DNA of 64,000 nt, taken from Devosiaceae bacterium. GTDB taxonomy: Bacteria > Pseudomonadota > Alphaproteobacteria > Rhizobiales > Devosiaceae. Positions 1-9,947 of the stretch are shown in pieces (position 1 is the stretch's first letter; every line of letters begins with the position of its first letter). A model generated the notes under the pieces. That model saw only the letters and a program-made list of their open reading frames with translations, had not been told where the DNA came from and did no database searches. The DNA lies in contig DASYCZ010000012.1 of the NCBI GenBank assembly GCA_036499825.1, forward strand, positions 1-64,000, read 5' to 3'. The translations under genes were made by a program, and so were the position numbers.

Positions 1-1978
1 CGGCAAGCCTTCGTCAGCCCACGATTCCGACCGGAACGGAATTCTGGATATTGCCATCGGCGCGCTGGTGCATCTGAGCTTTGCCGCGCAGACAGCCTTT
101 CGCCGGGCACTGACCACCGCGAAGAACAACGCCGCCGCCCGCCGCGAGGCTGACGCCGCCGAGTGGCGCGATGGTGCGCAGGAGCCGACCACGACCGCGC
201 CCCGCATTCCCGGCGTCGCCGTGCTGCCCGATGAACGCCGCGAGCCCGGCGCCTATGACCGGCGTGAGCCTGGCCTCACGGTCGAGCGCCGCATCTTCAC
301 CCCGGCCGAGCCGGAAGTGAACGAGGACGATTTCTATCCGCCCGAGGCCGAGGACGACGACGTGCCGATGGCGCCCGTTGCCCCGGCGCGTGCACCGCGG
401 GTTGTGGCGCCGCCGCGCCGTCCCGTCGCCGGCAATCGCGCGGCCCGCGAGGCGCAGCCCTCGCTGCTCGACGACAATAACGGCTTTGAACTGCCCGAAC
501 TCAGCCTCCTCGCTGAAGCCAAGCATCGCGGCCTGATGGACGAGCACCGGCCGGAACGGCTCGAGGCCATGGCCCGCCGGCTCGAGGGCGTGCTGGAAGA
601 TTTTGGCGTCAAGGGCGACATCATCAATGTCCGCCCCGGCCCGGTGGTGACGCTTTACGAGCTGGAGCCGGCCCCCGGCATCAAGTCGAGCCGCGTCATT
701 TCGCTGGCCGATGACATCGCCCGCTCGATGAGCGCCATTTCGGCCCGCGTCGCCGTGGTGCCGGGCCGCAATGCCATCGGCATCGAGTTGCCCAACGAGA
801 ATCGCGAAACCGTTTATCTGCGCGAAATGCTGGCCTCGACCGATTTCGAGAAGATGAAGGGCAAGCTGCCCATCTGCCTGGGCAAGACCATCGGCGGCGA
901 GCCCATTATCGCCGATCTCGCCAAGATGCCCCATTTGCTCATCGCCGGCACCACCGGCTCGGGCAAGTCCGTGGGCATCAACACCATGATCCTGTCGCTG
1001 CTCTACCAGATGACGCCCGAGCAGTGCCGGCTGATCATGATCGATCCGAAAATGCTCGAACTCTCCATCTATGACGGCATTCCGCATCTGCTGACCCCCG
1101 TCGTCACCGACCCCTCCAAGGCGGTCGTGGCGCTCAAATGGGCGGTGCGGGAGATGGAAGACCGCTATCGCAAGATGAGCAAGATCGGCGTCCGCAATAT
1201 CGATGGCTTCAACCAGCGCGTCGGCGAAGCCCGCGCCCGCGGCGACGTCATCACCCGCACGGTGCAGACGGGCTTTGACCGCGAAACCGGCGAAGCGATC
1301 TTTGAAAGCGAAGCGTTCGACCTGCAGCCGCTGCCCTATATCGTCGTCATCGTCGACGAAATGGCCGACCTGATGATGGTCGCCGGCAAGGACATCGAAG
1401 GCTCGGTGCAGCGCCTCGCCCAGATGGCGCGCGCCGCCGGCATCCACGTCATCACCGCCACCCAGCGTCCGTCCGTCGACGTCATCACCGGCACCATCAA
1501 GGCCAACTTCCCGACCCGCATCTCCTTCATGGTGACGTCCAAGATCGACAGCCGCACCATTCTGGGCGAACAGGGCGCCGAAACCCTGCTTGGCAATGGC
1601 GACATGCTCTATATGGCGGGCGGCGGCCGCATCAAGCGCCTGCACGGCCCGTTCGTTTCCGACAGCGAAGTGGAATCGATCGTCAACCACCTCAAGAGCC
1701 AGGGCTCGCCCGACTATCTCGAGGCCATCGTCGCCGAGGAAGACGAGGACGACGTGCCGGCGGGCGACGATGATTTCGGCGGCTCGGGCGACGAGCTCTA
1801 CGACAAGGCCGTCAACATCGTGCTGCAGGACAAGAAGGCCTCCACCTCTTATATCCAGCGGCGCCTCGCCATCGGCTACAACAAGGCCGCCACGCTCATC
1901 GAGCGCATGGAAAAGGAAGGCGTCATCAGCCAGGCCAACCATGCGGGCAAGCGCGAGATCCTGGTCGGCGGCGACTGA
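1..1978 (+). CDS. ftsK: DNA translocase FtsK, C-terminal linker plus motor domain; N-terminus lies upstream of the window
   Basis: ORF 68..1978 shows a Pro/Ala-rich linker, then Walker A (GTTGSGKS), the FtsK/SpoIIIE motor motifs and a gamma domain at the end. The N-terminal transmembrane domain is absent, so the gene continues past the window edge. Confidence 0.9.
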   Translation, partial: GKPSSAHDSDRNGILDIAIGALVHLSFAAQTAFRRALTTAKNNAAARREADAAEWRDGAQEPTTTAPRIPGVAVLPDERREPGAYDRREPGLTVERRIFTPAEPEVNEDDFYPPEAEDDDVPMAPVAPARAPRVVAPPRRPVAGNRAAREAQPSLLDDNNGFELPELSLLAEAKHRGLMDEHRPERLEAMARRLEGVLEDFGVKGDIINVRPGPVVTLYELEPAPGIKSSRVISLADDIARSMSAISARVAVVPGRNAIGIELPNENRETVYLREMLASTDFEKMKGKLPICLGKTIGGEPIIADLAKMPHLLIAGTTGSGKSVGINTMILSLLYQMTPEQCRLIMIDPKMLELSIYDGIPHLLTPVVTDPSKAVVALKWAVREMEDRYRKMSKIGVRNIDGFNQRVGEARARGDVITRTVQTGFDRETGEAIFESEAFDLQPLPYIVVIVDEMADLMMVAGKDIEGSVQRLAQMARAAGIHVITATQRPSVDVITGTIKANFPTRISFMVTSKIDSRTILGEQGAETLLGNGDMLYMAGGGRIKRLHGPFVSDSEVESIVNHLKSQGSPDYLEAIVAEEDEDDVPAGDDDFGGSGDELYDKAVNIVLQDKKASTSYIQRRLAIGYNKAATLIERMEKEGVISQANHAGKREILVGGD

Positions 1979-1999
1979 CCACCGGCGGGCAGAAGCCAG

Positions 2000-2041
2000 A
2001 ATATACAAGGTTTGACTTATATAAGCCTATCCTTGTATATT
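2000..2041 (+). promoter_or_regulatory. Perfect 11-bp inverted repeat (AATATACAAGG N20 CCTTGTATATT) bracketing a sigma70-like promoter (TTGACT, 18-bp spacer, TATATT); putative operator for the downstream ArsR-family regulator
   Basis: Read directly: left arm 2000-2010, right arm 2031-2041, -35 at 2012-2017, -10 at 2036-2041. A GGAGG ribosome-binding site at 2057-2061 precedes the ATG at 2070. Confidence 0.4.
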
Positions 2042-2069
2042 GCCTTCGTTCCCGTACGGAGGCCCTGCC

Positions 2070-2708
2070 ATGTCGAGAGATCCCGTTGCCGCCATCGGCG
2101 CCACCACCCGCAGCGTCGAAAAGCGCATACATGATGGTGTCGCGGTGCATGCCGTCATCGCTGGCCGCACCTATCCGACCGATGCGGCAGACCTCTGGGA
2201 CGCCATCACCAATGCGGAGCGCATTCCGCGCTGGTTCCTCCCGGTTTCCGGCGAACTTCGCCTTGGCGGCCGTTACCAGTTCGAGGGCAATGCGGGCGGT
2301 ACGGTGACTGCGTGCGAGCCGCCCCGGCGCCTCGCCGCCACCTGGGAATTCGCCGGCCAGGTCAGCTGGGTGACCGTCACCCTTTCCGCCGATGGCGCCG
2401 CCACGCAACTGACGCTCGAACACCTCGTGCCCGACGATGACCACTGGCGCCGGTTCGGCCCGGGCGCCGTCGGGCTCGGCTGGGATTCGGGCTTCATGGG
2501 GTTGGGCAACTATCTCGCCGGCGGCATCGGCGTTACCCCCGCAACGGCTGCCGCCTGGCTGGCGACGCCGGCGGCCACCGCCTTCTTCCGCAACAGTTGC
2601 GTGGGCTGGCTCGCCGCCGACCTTGCGGGGGGCGAGGCCGCAGTGCCGGCGCGCCAACGGGCCGACCAGACCCTTGCCGCCTATACGGGCGGCACGGCGC
2701 ATCTTTAG
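2070..2708 (+). CDS. SRPBCC superfamily protein (AHSA1/activator-of-Hsp90-ATPase-like, polyketide-cyclase fold)
   Basis: ORF 2040..2708; the ATG at 2070 is preferred because GGAGG sits 8 nt upstream. Sequence resembles AHSA1/SRPBCC proteins, which commonly pair with ArsR regulators. Confidence 0.6.
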   Translation: MSRDPVAAIGATTRSVEKRIHDGVAVHAVIAGRTYPTDAADLWDAITNAERIPRWFLPVSGELRLGGRYQFEGNAGGTVTACEPPRRLAATWEFAGQVSWVTVTLSADGAATQLTLEHLVPDDDHWRRFGPGAVGLGWDSGFMGLGNYLAGGIGVTPATAAAWLATPAATAFFRNSCVGWLAADLAGGEAAVPARQRADQTLAAYTGGTAHL

Positions 2709-2711
2709 GCC

Positions 2712-3050
2712 ATGCACGCCTTCGACGTTCTCGGCGATCCCGTCCGCCGCCGTATCCTGGAACTTCTGGCCGGCGATGAGCTGGCCTCGGGCAAGATCGT
2801 CGAAACGATCCAGGCCGAATTCGGCATCACCCAGGCCGCCGTCTCCCAGCATCTCAAGGTCTTGCGGGACAGCGGCTTCGCAACGGTGCGGGGCGATGGC
2901 CAGCGCCGGCTTTATTCCCTCGATCCGGCCCCGCTGGCCGCGATCGATACCTGGCTGCAGCCGTTCCGCAACTTCTGGACGCACCGGCTCGAAGCCCTTG
3001 CCACCGAGGTGGCCCGCGGCAAAAAAACCAGCAGGAACAAGGATTCATGA
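2712..3050 (+). CDS. ArsR/SmtB-family HTH transcriptional regulator
   Basis: 112 aa with the typical ArsR helix-turn-helix (RRRILELL...AVSQHLKVLRDSG). It starts 4 nt after the SRPBCC stop, so the two are probably one operon. Confidence 0.85.
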   Translation: MHAFDVLGDPVRRRILELLAGDELASGKIVETIQAEFGITQAAVSQHLKVLRDSGFATVRGDGQRRLYSLDPAPLAAIDTWLQPFRNFWTHRLEALATEVARGKKTSRNKDS

Positions 3051-3131
3051 TCGCGGCGTGAACGGAACCTTCCCGCTGTTGCCGCAATTGCTTTCTAGGT
3101 TAGTTTATCTCCCAGACAGCCAAGGGACCAC

Positions 3132-3773
3132 ATGTCCATGATTCGCCGCGACGTCCTGTTGCTCGGTACGGCCTTTGCGGCCGCCATCGCCCTCCCCACC
3201 ATGCCAGCACTGGCGCTCGACCGGCAATTGACCGCTGACGAGACCAAGCTCATCAACGACATCAGCGCCCACAATACCGCCATCCGCACCATGGCGGGGC
3301 GGTTCCTGCAGATCGACAGCGCCGGCGGCCGCATCGAGGGCACCTTCTACCTGCAGCGCCCCGACAAGGTCCGCTTCCGCTACAATCCACCCAGCCGCCA
3401 GGAAATCATTTCCGTCGGCCGCGGCTTTTACGTCGTCGACCGCAAGGAGCAGACCCAATACGCCTATCCGCAGGACCGCATTCCGCTGCGCAATTTTTTG
3501 GGCGACAAGATCGACCTGTTGACCTCCAACATCGTCGATGTCGCCACCTCCGACGGCTATATGACGGTGACGGTTTCGGACGATACCCCCATCGGCACCG
3601 TGCAGGTCGGGCTGACCTTTGGCACCGACAGCCTCGATCTCAAGCAGTGGAACCTGGTCGAGCCCAGCGGCGAACAGCTGACCTTCTCGCTCTATGATAT
3701 CGAAAAGGACGTGGATATCCCCAAATCCTTCTTCTATATCGATCCCACCTACAAGGCGCTGGAACCCAAGTAA
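3132..3773 (+). CDS. lolA: Outer-membrane lipoprotein carrier LolA-like periplasmic protein (Tat/Sec signal peptide)
   Basis: 213 aa with an N-terminal RRDVLLLGTAFAAAIALP signal and the LolA fold pattern (FxQ...GxxYLQRPDKVRFRY). ftsK-lolA adjacency is conserved in alphaproteobacteria. Confidence 0.75.
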   Translation: MSMIRRDVLLLGTAFAAAIALPTMPALALDRQLTADETKLINDISAHNTAIRTMAGRFLQIDSAGGRIEGTFYLQRPDKVRFRYNPPSRQEIISVGRGFYVVDRKEQTQYAYPQDRIPLRNFLGDKIDLLTSNIVDVATSDGYMTVTVSDDTPIGTVQVGLTFGTDSLDLKQWNLVEPSGEQLTFSLYDIEKDVDIPKSFFYIDPTYKALEPK

Positions 3774-3804
3774 CAGCGCCCCTCTCGCGCTGGAAACTCC
3801 CGCC

Positions 3805-4611
3805 ATGTCCGTGACTGTCGCCACCTGGAACATCAATTCGGTGCGTCTGCGCCTGCCGATCGTGCTCGATCTGCTCAGCCAGTATGGCCCGGACGTACTG
3901 ATGCTGCAGGAGATCAAGTGCACCAATGACCAGTTTCCCGCCAAGGCCTTCGCCGAAGCCGGTTATCCCTACCAGGCCGTGCACGGCCAGAAGGGCTATC
4001 ACGGCGTCGCCACCGTCTCGAAATTCCCGCTGACCGATATTTCCAGCCGGGTTTTCTGCGATATCCCCGAAAGCCGGCACGTCTCGGCCCTGCTGGATTT
4101 CGGCCAGGGGCCGGTAACCTTCCATAATTTCTACATTCCGGCCGGCGGCGACGAGCCCGATCCCCTCATCAACCCCAAGTTCAAGCACAAGCTGGGCTTT
4201 CTGGATGAGCTCAAGACCTGGTTCGCCGAGCCCTCTTTTGCGCGCGGCCATCTCATCGCCGGGGATTTCAACGTCGCCCCGCATGAGAACGACGTCTGGA
4301 GCCACAAGCAGCTGTTGAAGATCGTGAGCCATACGCCGGCCGAAACCGAGCGCCTCGACGCGCTCCTCGCCGGTGGCCATGGCTGGGTCGATCTGGTGCG
4401 CAAGCACGTGCCCTATGACCAGAAGCTCTATTCCTGGTGGAGTTATCGGGCCCAGGACTGGCAGGCTTCCGACCGCGGCCGGCGTCTCGACCATATCTGG
4501 TCCACCGCCGATATCGCCGCGCATTCGACCGGCGCCGAAATCCTGCGCCCGGCGCGCGGCTGGAGCGACAAGCCGTCCGACCACGTCCCCGTGATGGTGC
4601 GCTTCAGCTAG
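3805..4611 (+). CDS. xthA: Exodeoxyribonuclease III
   Basis: MSVTVATWNINSVRLR...LMLQEIK...SDHVPVMVRF: canonical ExoIII/AP-endonuclease motifs. The internal ATG of ORF 3694..4611 was chosen as start. Confidence 0.9.
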   Translation: MSVTVATWNINSVRLRLPIVLDLLSQYGPDVLMLQEIKCTNDQFPAKAFAEAGYPYQAVHGQKGYHGVATVSKFPLTDISSRVFCDIPESRHVSALLDFGQGPVTFHNFYIPAGGDEPDPLINPKFKHKLGFLDELKTWFAEPSFARGHLIAGDFNVAPHENDVWSHKQLLKIVSHTPAETERLDALLAGGHGWVDLVRKHVPYDQKLYSWWSYRAQDWQASDRGRRLDHIWSTADIAAHSTGAEILRPARGWSDKPSDHVPVMVRFS

Positions 4612-5072
4612 ATCTCGTCCTTGTTCATCCGGCCGTGCAGCGGCGTGATGGCGCCGAGATAGGCGCTCAGCTCCATGCGGATGTGATCCGCCGCCCGCTC
4701 GGCGAGGTCGGGATATTGCTTGGCAAGCTTGAGGAACGCCTGACGCGGCACGAACAGCGTTTCGACCGGCGTCAGCGCCGTCACCGTCACCGGCCGGGGC
4801 TTGGACAGGACCAGCGCCATGGCGCCGATCAGCGCCCCCTCCATGGTGATGTCCTTGGGCTTGCCGGCGCCTTCGCCCTGCGGGGCGATGCGGATGCGGC
4901 CCGAGATCAGCACATGGGCGCCCTGCGGCACCTCGCCTTCGGCGAACAGCGCCCCGCCCGCCGTAAAGCTTTGCCTCTCGCTGGCGAAAGCCAGGAGCCG
5001 CCTTTGCTCATCGTTGCAGATGGCGAAGAAATCGGCATGCGCCAGGATCGTCGCCGCGTCGTCCAGTTGCAT
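4608..5072 (-). CDS. Cyclic-nucleotide-binding (Crp-like cNMP-binding) domain protein
   Basis: ORF 4608..5150, start taken at MQLDD. Carries a cNMP-binding beta-barrel signature (FASERQSFTAGGALFAEGE...GEGAGKP...GEMAL). Confidence 0.65.
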   Translation of the reverse strand: MQLDDAATILAHADFFAICNDEQRRLLAFASERQSFTAGGALFAEGEVPQGAHVLISGRIRIAPQGEGAGKPKDITMEGALIGAMALVLSKPRPVTVTALTPVETLFVPRQAFLKLAKQYPDLAERAADHIRMELSAYLGAITPLHGRMNKDEI

Positions 5073-5208
5073 GCTGCCCCAATATCCCCGCCGGAGCGCA
5101 ACCGGCATCCGGCTGCAATTCGCCCCAGACGCAGTTATAGGAGCGCGCAAGCCGTTGGGGAACCGGTTTCGGCTCGTTTCCCAACGCTAGCGCCCCCGGC
5201 AGCGTGCC

Positions 5209-5892
5209 TCAGGGCACCAGCCGGTAGCCGCCTTCTTCGGTGACCAATAGCCGCGCATTGGAAGGGTCCCGCTCGATCTTCTGGCGCAGGCGGTAGATAT
5301 GGGTTTCGAGCGTATGGGTAGTGACGCGGTTGTTGTAGCCCCACACTTCCTTCAGCAGCACATCGCGCGTGATGGTCTTGGGACCCTGGCGATAGAGATA
5401 TTTGAGGATCGAGGTTTCCTTGTCGGTCAGCCGCACCTTGCCGCCATCCGTGCCCTCGAGCAGCTTGGCGGCCGGCTGGAAGCTGTACTGGCCGATGGTG
5501 AAGACCACGTCCTCGCTCTGGTCGTGCTGGCGCAGCGCCGCGCGCACGCGGGCCAGCAGCACCGAAAACCGGAACGGCTTGGTCACATAGTCATTGGCGC
5601 CCGATTCCAGCCCGAGGATCTCGTCGGCGTCGCTGTCATGCCCGGTGAGCATGAGGATGGGGCTCTTGAAGCCTTCGCGCCTCAGGATTTTCACCGCCTC
5701 GCGGCCGTCCATGTCGGGCAGCCCCACGTCCAGGACCATCAGGTCGACATGGCTTTCCCGCACGGCCTTCAGGGCATCGTTGGCCGATCCGGCCTCGGCG
5801 ATGTCGAATTCCCGATACTGGGTCAGTTGTTCGACCAGGGTCTTGCGCAGGTCGGAATCGTCGTCGACGATCAGCAGTCGGCGCTTGTTCAT
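5209..5892 (-). CDS. OmpR-family two-component response regulator (receiver plus winged-helix); resembles the alphaproteobacterial CenR family
   Basis: Start at MNKRRLLIVDDD. Receiver aspartates and TGHDSDADEILGLESGANDYVTKPF are present, followed by a C-terminal trans_reg_C domain (LTDKETSILKYL...GYRL). Confidence 0.85.
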   Translation of the reverse strand: MNKRRLLIVDDDSDLRKTLVEQLTQYREFDIAEAGSANDALKAVRESHVDLMVLDVGLPDMDGREAVKILRREGFKSPILMLTGHDSDADEILGLESGANDYVTKPFRFSVLLARVRAALRQHDQSEDVVFTIGQYSFQPAAKLLEGTDGGKVRLTDKETSILKYLYRQGPKTITRDVLLKEVWGYNNRVTTHTLETHIYRLRQKIERDPSNARLLVTEEGGYRLVP

Positions 5893-6030
5893 TGCATAAT
5901 TCCTCACGGACATGCCCCCCATCATGCACATTAGGCATGGAACGGAGGGCTTCCAATCACATCGGCGTTACGGTCGCAGCAACGGCTGCTGCGTCGAAAA
6001 AGTTGCAGCAAGCCGCTGCACCGGCTGGCT

Positions 6031-6708
6031 TTAATGGCGGGCGCCGAAAAGAGCGGACCCAACCCTTACATGGGTGGCCCCCATGCCGATGGCAATCTCG
6101 AAGTCGCCGCTCATGCCCATGGACAGCAAAGGCAGCGCCGCAGCCCGCCCCAGCATCGCCAGTTGGGCGAAATACGGCCCCGGCGGCTCGCCATCGGGCG
6201 GAATGCACATCAGGCCGCAGATATCGAGCCCGTGTGTGTCCCGGCAGCGCGCCGCGAAGGCCAGGGCTTCATCGACCGCAATCCCGGATTTTTGCGCTTC
6301 CCCGCCGATATTGACCTGGACGAAGCAGGGCAGCCGCTTGCCCTGGCGCTCCATTTCGGCGCGCAGCGCCACCGCCAGCCGCTCGCGGTCGAGTGTTTCG
6401 ATGACATCGAACAGCGCTACGGCTTCCCGCACCTTGTTGGTCTGCAACGGCCCGATGAGGTGCAGCTCCGTATCGGGGTATCGGGCTTGCAGCGCCGGCC
6501 ACTTGTCCATGGCTTCCTGCACCCGGTTCTCGCCGAACCGGCGCTGCCCGGCCATGAGGAACGGCGCGATCGCCTCGGCCGGCACGGTCTTGGAAACCGC
6601 CACCAGGCGCACTATCTCCGGAGGCGCCCCGAAGCGGGCCTCTGCCGCGGTGATTCGGGCCGTAATGGCGGCAAGACGTTCGGCGGCGGAAGTCTCTGGG
6701 AACTCCAT
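6031..6708 (-). CDS. yggS: YggS-family pyridoxal-phosphate homeostasis protein (alanine-racemase N-terminal fold)
   Basis: Start at MEFPETSAAERL; conserved VSKT, GENRVQE and HLIGPLQTNK motifs. Confidence 0.85.
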   Translation of the reverse strand: MEFPETSAAERLAAITARITAAEARFGAPPEIVRLVAVSKTVPAEAIAPFLMAGQRRFGENRVQEAMDKWPALQARYPDTELHLIGPLQTNKVREAVALFDVIETLDRERLAVALRAEMERQGKRLPCFVQVNIGGEAQKSGIAVDEALAFAARCRDTHGLDICGLMCIPPDGEPPGPYFAQLAMLGRAAALPLLSMGMSGDFEIAIGMGATHVRVGSALFGARH

Positions 6709-6787
6709 CAGCGTCTTCCTGTTGACCCGGCACAGCTTTTCTGGTGATGGTCCGGTAGCCAAAATCCCCCCATAACGCAACAGGTGA

Positions 6788-6826
6788 GCAGTTATCTGCG
6801 CCTTAGAGCAGTAATCTGCGCCTTAT
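6788..6826 (+). repeat. Tandem 20-bp direct repeat (GCAGTTATCTGCGCCTTAG / GCAGTAATCTGCGCCTTAT) in the yggS-leuS divergent intergenic region
   Basis: Read directly; 17 of 19 positions identical, period 20 bp, immediately upstream of the leuS start. Confidence 0.6.
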
Positions 6827-6841
6827 AGGACTGATCCGACA

Positions 6842-9454
6842 GTGAGCGTCGAACGCTACAACCCGCGCGAAAAAGAGCCGTATTGGCAAAAGGTCTGGAA
6901 CGACCGCAAATCCTTCGTCGTCGGCGACGACCTGCCAAGCGATCCTTACTACGTCCTCGAGATGTTTCCCTATCCGTCAGGGCGCATCCATATGGGCCAT
7001 GTGCGCAATTATTCCCTGGGCGACGTCGTGGCGCGCTACCAGCGCGCCAAGGGCCGCACCGTGCTGCACCCCATGGGTTGGGACGCTTTCGGCCTTCCCG
7101 CCGAGAACGCCGCGCTGGAGCGCGGCATTCCGGCCGGCGCCTGGACGCACCAGAACATCGCCACCATGCGCGACCAGCTCAAATCCATGGGTCTGTCGCT
7201 GGACTGGAGCCGTGAGATCGCCACCTGCGATCCCTCCTATTACCGGCACCAGCAGGCCCTGTTCCTCGATTTCCTCGAGGCCGGCCTCGTCACCCGCAAG
7301 AAATCCAAGGTCAACTGGGACCCGGTCGATCATACCGTGCTCGCCAACGAGCAGGTCATCGATGGCCGCGGCTGGCGTTCCGGCGCCGTGGTCGAGCAGC
7401 GCGAGTTGACACAGTGGTTCCTGCGCATTTCCGATTTTTCCGAAGAGCTGCTGACGGCCCTCGATGGCCTCGACCAATGGCCCGACAAGGTGCGCATCAT
7501 GCAGCGCAACTGGATCGGCCGCTCGGAAGGCCTCCGCCTGTTGTTCGAGGTTGCGGAGGGCCATAACCATGCCGACAGCATCGAGGTTTTCACGACGCGC
7601 CCCGATACCATTTTCGGCGCCTCGTTCGTCGCCCTGTCGCCCGATCATGCCCTGACCACCGCGCTCAGCGCCAACGATCCGGCGCTGGCGGCGTTCGTGG
7701 CCGAATGCCATCGCCACGGCACCGCCACCGAAACCATCGAAAAGGCCGAAAAGCAGGGCTATTTCACCGGGCTGACCGTCCGTCACCCCGTGCATGCCGA
7801 CCAGACCCTGCCGGTCTATGTGGCCAATTTCGTTTTGATGGATTATGGCACCGGCGCCATTTTCGGCTGCCCGGCCCATGACCAGCGCGATCTGGATTTC
7901 GCCCGCAAATATGGGCTGCCGGTCATTCCGGTGGTGCTGCCGCCCGATGCCGATGCCGAAAGCTTCGCCGTCGCCGACGAGGCCTATGTGGGCCCCGGCC
8001 GCATCTATCATTCCGATTTCCTGAACGATCTCACCGTCGAGGCCGCCAAGGCACGCATCGCCGCTCATTTCGGCGACATCCGCATCGGCGATCGCCCGCA
8101 GGGTGTCGTCGAGGTCAACTATCGCCTGCGCGACTGGGGTATTTCCCGCCAGCGCTACTGGGGCTGCCCGATCCCGGTCATCCATTGCGAGACCTGCGGC
8201 ACCGTGCCGGTCCCCAAGAAGGACCTGCCGGTGAAGCTGCCGGAGGACATCGACGTCAAGGTCGCCGGCAACCCGCTGGATCACCATCCGACCTGGAAGC
8301 ATGTCCATTGCCCGCAATGCGGCGGCGCGGCACGGCGTGAAACCGACACCATGGACACGTTCGTGGATTCGTCCTGGTACTTTACCCGCTTCACGGCCCC
8401 GCAGGCCGATACGCCGACCGTGCCCGCCATGGCCAATGCCTGGCTGCCGGTCGACCAGTATATCGGCGGCGTCGAGCACGCTATCCTGCACCTGCTCTAT
8501 TCGCGCTTCTTCACGCGCGCCATGCACAAGACCGGCCACGTCAACGTCGACGAGCCCTTCAAGGGCATGTTCACCCAGGGCATGGTGACCCACGAAACCT
8601 ACCGCACCCCCACGGGTGACTGGGTGGCGCCCGTGGATGTGCTGATCGAGGGCATCGGCGAAGGCCGGACCGCCCAGCACGTCACCAGTGGCGCCGCGAT
8701 CACCATCGGCGCCATCGAAAAGATGAGCAAATCCAAGAAGAACGTCGTCGATCCCGACGAGATCGTGCGCACCTACGGCGCCGATACGGCGCGCTGGTTC
8801 ATGCTCTCCGACTCCCCGCCCGAGCGGGACGTGCAGTGGACAGAGGCCGGCATCGAAGGCGCCAGCCGTTTCCAGCAGCGTATCTGGAAGCTGGTGGCTG
8901 AATCGATCGATATCATTGGACAGTCTCCCGCAACCGTTCAATCGACCGATGACGCCCTGCCCCTGCGCAAGCTTGTGCATCGCGCTGTCCGCAGCGTCGG
9001 CGAGGACATCGAGGGCCTGCGCTTCAACCGTGCCGTCGCCCAGATCTACGAATTGACCAATGCCCTGGCCAAATTCGTGGTGGGACTGGAGGCCGGCGCC
9101 ACCGCCGAGCAGCAATTGGCACTGGCCGAGGGCGTCGAACGCCTGGTGCAGCTGGTGGCCCCGATGATGCCGCATCTGGCCGAGACCTGCTGGCAGGCCC
9201 TCGGGCGCGACGGCCTCGTCTGCGATGCGCGCTGGCCCAGCGTCGATCCGGCCCTGCTGGTCGATGACACCGTGACGATCGCCATCCAGGTCGCCGGCAA
9301 ACGCCGGGCCGAAATCGAGCTGCCCAAGGGCCTGCCCAATGCGGAAGTCGAGCAGCGGGTCTTGTCTCTGGAGGCAATCGCCCGCATTCTCGACGGCGCG
9401 ACACCGCGCAAGATCGTTATCGTACCAGACAGGATCGTCAATGTGGTCATCTAA
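6842..9454 (+). CDS. leuS: Leucyl-tRNA synthetase
   Basis: 870 aa with HMGH and KMSKS class-I signatures and a leucyl-specific domain. Confidence 0.95.
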   Translation: MSVERYNPREKEPYWQKVWNDRKSFVVGDDLPSDPYYVLEMFPYPSGRIHMGHVRNYSLGDVVARYQRAKGRTVLHPMGWDAFGLPAENAALERGIPAGAWTHQNIATMRDQLKSMGLSLDWSREIATCDPSYYRHQQALFLDFLEAGLVTRKKSKVNWDPVDHTVLANEQVIDGRGWRSGAVVEQRELTQWFLRISDFSEELLTALDGLDQWPDKVRIMQRNWIGRSEGLRLLFEVAEGHNHADSIEVFTTRPDTIFGASFVALSPDHALTTALSANDPALAAFVAECHRHGTATETIEKAEKQGYFTGLTVRHPVHADQTLPVYVANFVLMDYGTGAIFGCPAHDQRDLDFARKYGLPVIPVVLPPDADAESFAVADEAYVGPGRIYHSDFLNDLTVEAAKARIAAHFGDIRIGDRPQGVVEVNYRLRDWGISRQRYWGCPIPVIHCETCGTVPVPKKDLPVKLPEDIDVKVAGNPLDHHPTWKHVHCPQCGGAARRETDTMDTFVDSSWYFTRFTAPQADTPTVPAMANAWLPVDQYIGGVEHAILHLLYSRFFTRAMHKTGHVNVDEPFKGMFTQGMVTHETYRTPTGDWVAPVDVLIEGIGEGRTAQHVTSGAAITIGAIEKMSKSKKNVVDPDEIVRTYGADTARWFMLSDSPPERDVQWTEAGIEGASRFQQRIWKLVAESIDIIGQSPATVQSTDDALPLRKLVHRAVRSVGEDIEGLRFNRAVAQIYELTNALAKFVVGLEAGATAEQQLALAEGVERLVQLVAPMMPHLAETCWQALGRDGLVCDARWPSVDPALLVDDTVTIAIQVAGKRRAEIELPKGLPNAEVEQRVLSLEAIARILDGATPRKIVIVPDRIVNVVI

Positions 9455-9947
9455 GCGCCTGGCCGGCAAGGTCTTGTTTGCATTGGCATTTTCCATGCCG
9501 GTGCTAGCCCTCGCCGGCTGCACGCTGACCCCTGTCTATTCGGAGGCGAACACCGAAGGCAAATTCGCCGTTCGTTTCGCCCCGCCCGCCGATCGCCTGC
9601 AGCAGCTCGTCTATCAGGATCTGGCGCTGCGGTTCCCCGGCACCGCCGGTCCGGATGCGCCCACGGTTCACATAACCGTACGGCCCCGGGCGCACCTCCT
9701 GGCGCGCACCGCGACCGACAACCCGTTGCAATCGCTCGAGGTGGGCGTAACCGGAACCATCAAGATCATTGCCGCCGACGGCAAGACGGTTTTGCCGTCC
9801 ACCAGTCGCACCGCGAGCGCCGGCTATGAAGTCAGCGGTCAGGTCTTTGCCGATACCGAAGCCCGCACCGAGGCGACGGAGCGCGCCACCCATGAGCTGG
9901 CCGAAAGCCTGCGTCTCGCCATGCTCGCGGCGCTGGCCAGCCGTTAG
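9441..9947 (+). CDS. lptE: LPS-assembly lipoprotein LptE
   Basis: Lipobox LALAGC plus LptE-like sequence. Its ATG overlaps the leuS 3' end; leuS-lptE-holA is a conserved synteny. Confidence 0.75.
   Translation: MWSSKRLAGKVLFALAFSMPVLALAGCTLTPVYSEANTEGKFAVRFAPPADRLQQLVYQDLALRFPGTAGPDAPTVHITVRPRAHLLARTATDNPLQSLEVGVTGTIKIIAADGKTVLPSTSRTASAGYEVSGQVFADTEARTEATERATHELAESLRLAMLAALASR

Noticed and set aside
14-2008. 664-aa ORF antisense to ftsK. Other long antisense ORFs of the same kind: 6977..9523 (-) over leuS; 48370..50118 (+) over dnaK; 54026..56038 (+) over hrcA; 59698..61992 (+) over lpoA/rsmI; 61183..62067 (-); 63313..63981 (-) over the aminotransferase.
   Set aside because: High-GC genomes produce long stop-free antisense frames. 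The opposite strand in each case encodes a protein with unmistakable conserved motifs, and these ORFs have Ala/Arg/Gly-rich low-complexity translations.
9339-9440. Longer LptE ORF starting at 9339 and overlapping the leuS 3' end by about 115 bp
   Set aside because: The ATG at 9441 is immediately followed by the lipoprotein signal peptide and overlaps the leuS stop by only a few nt.
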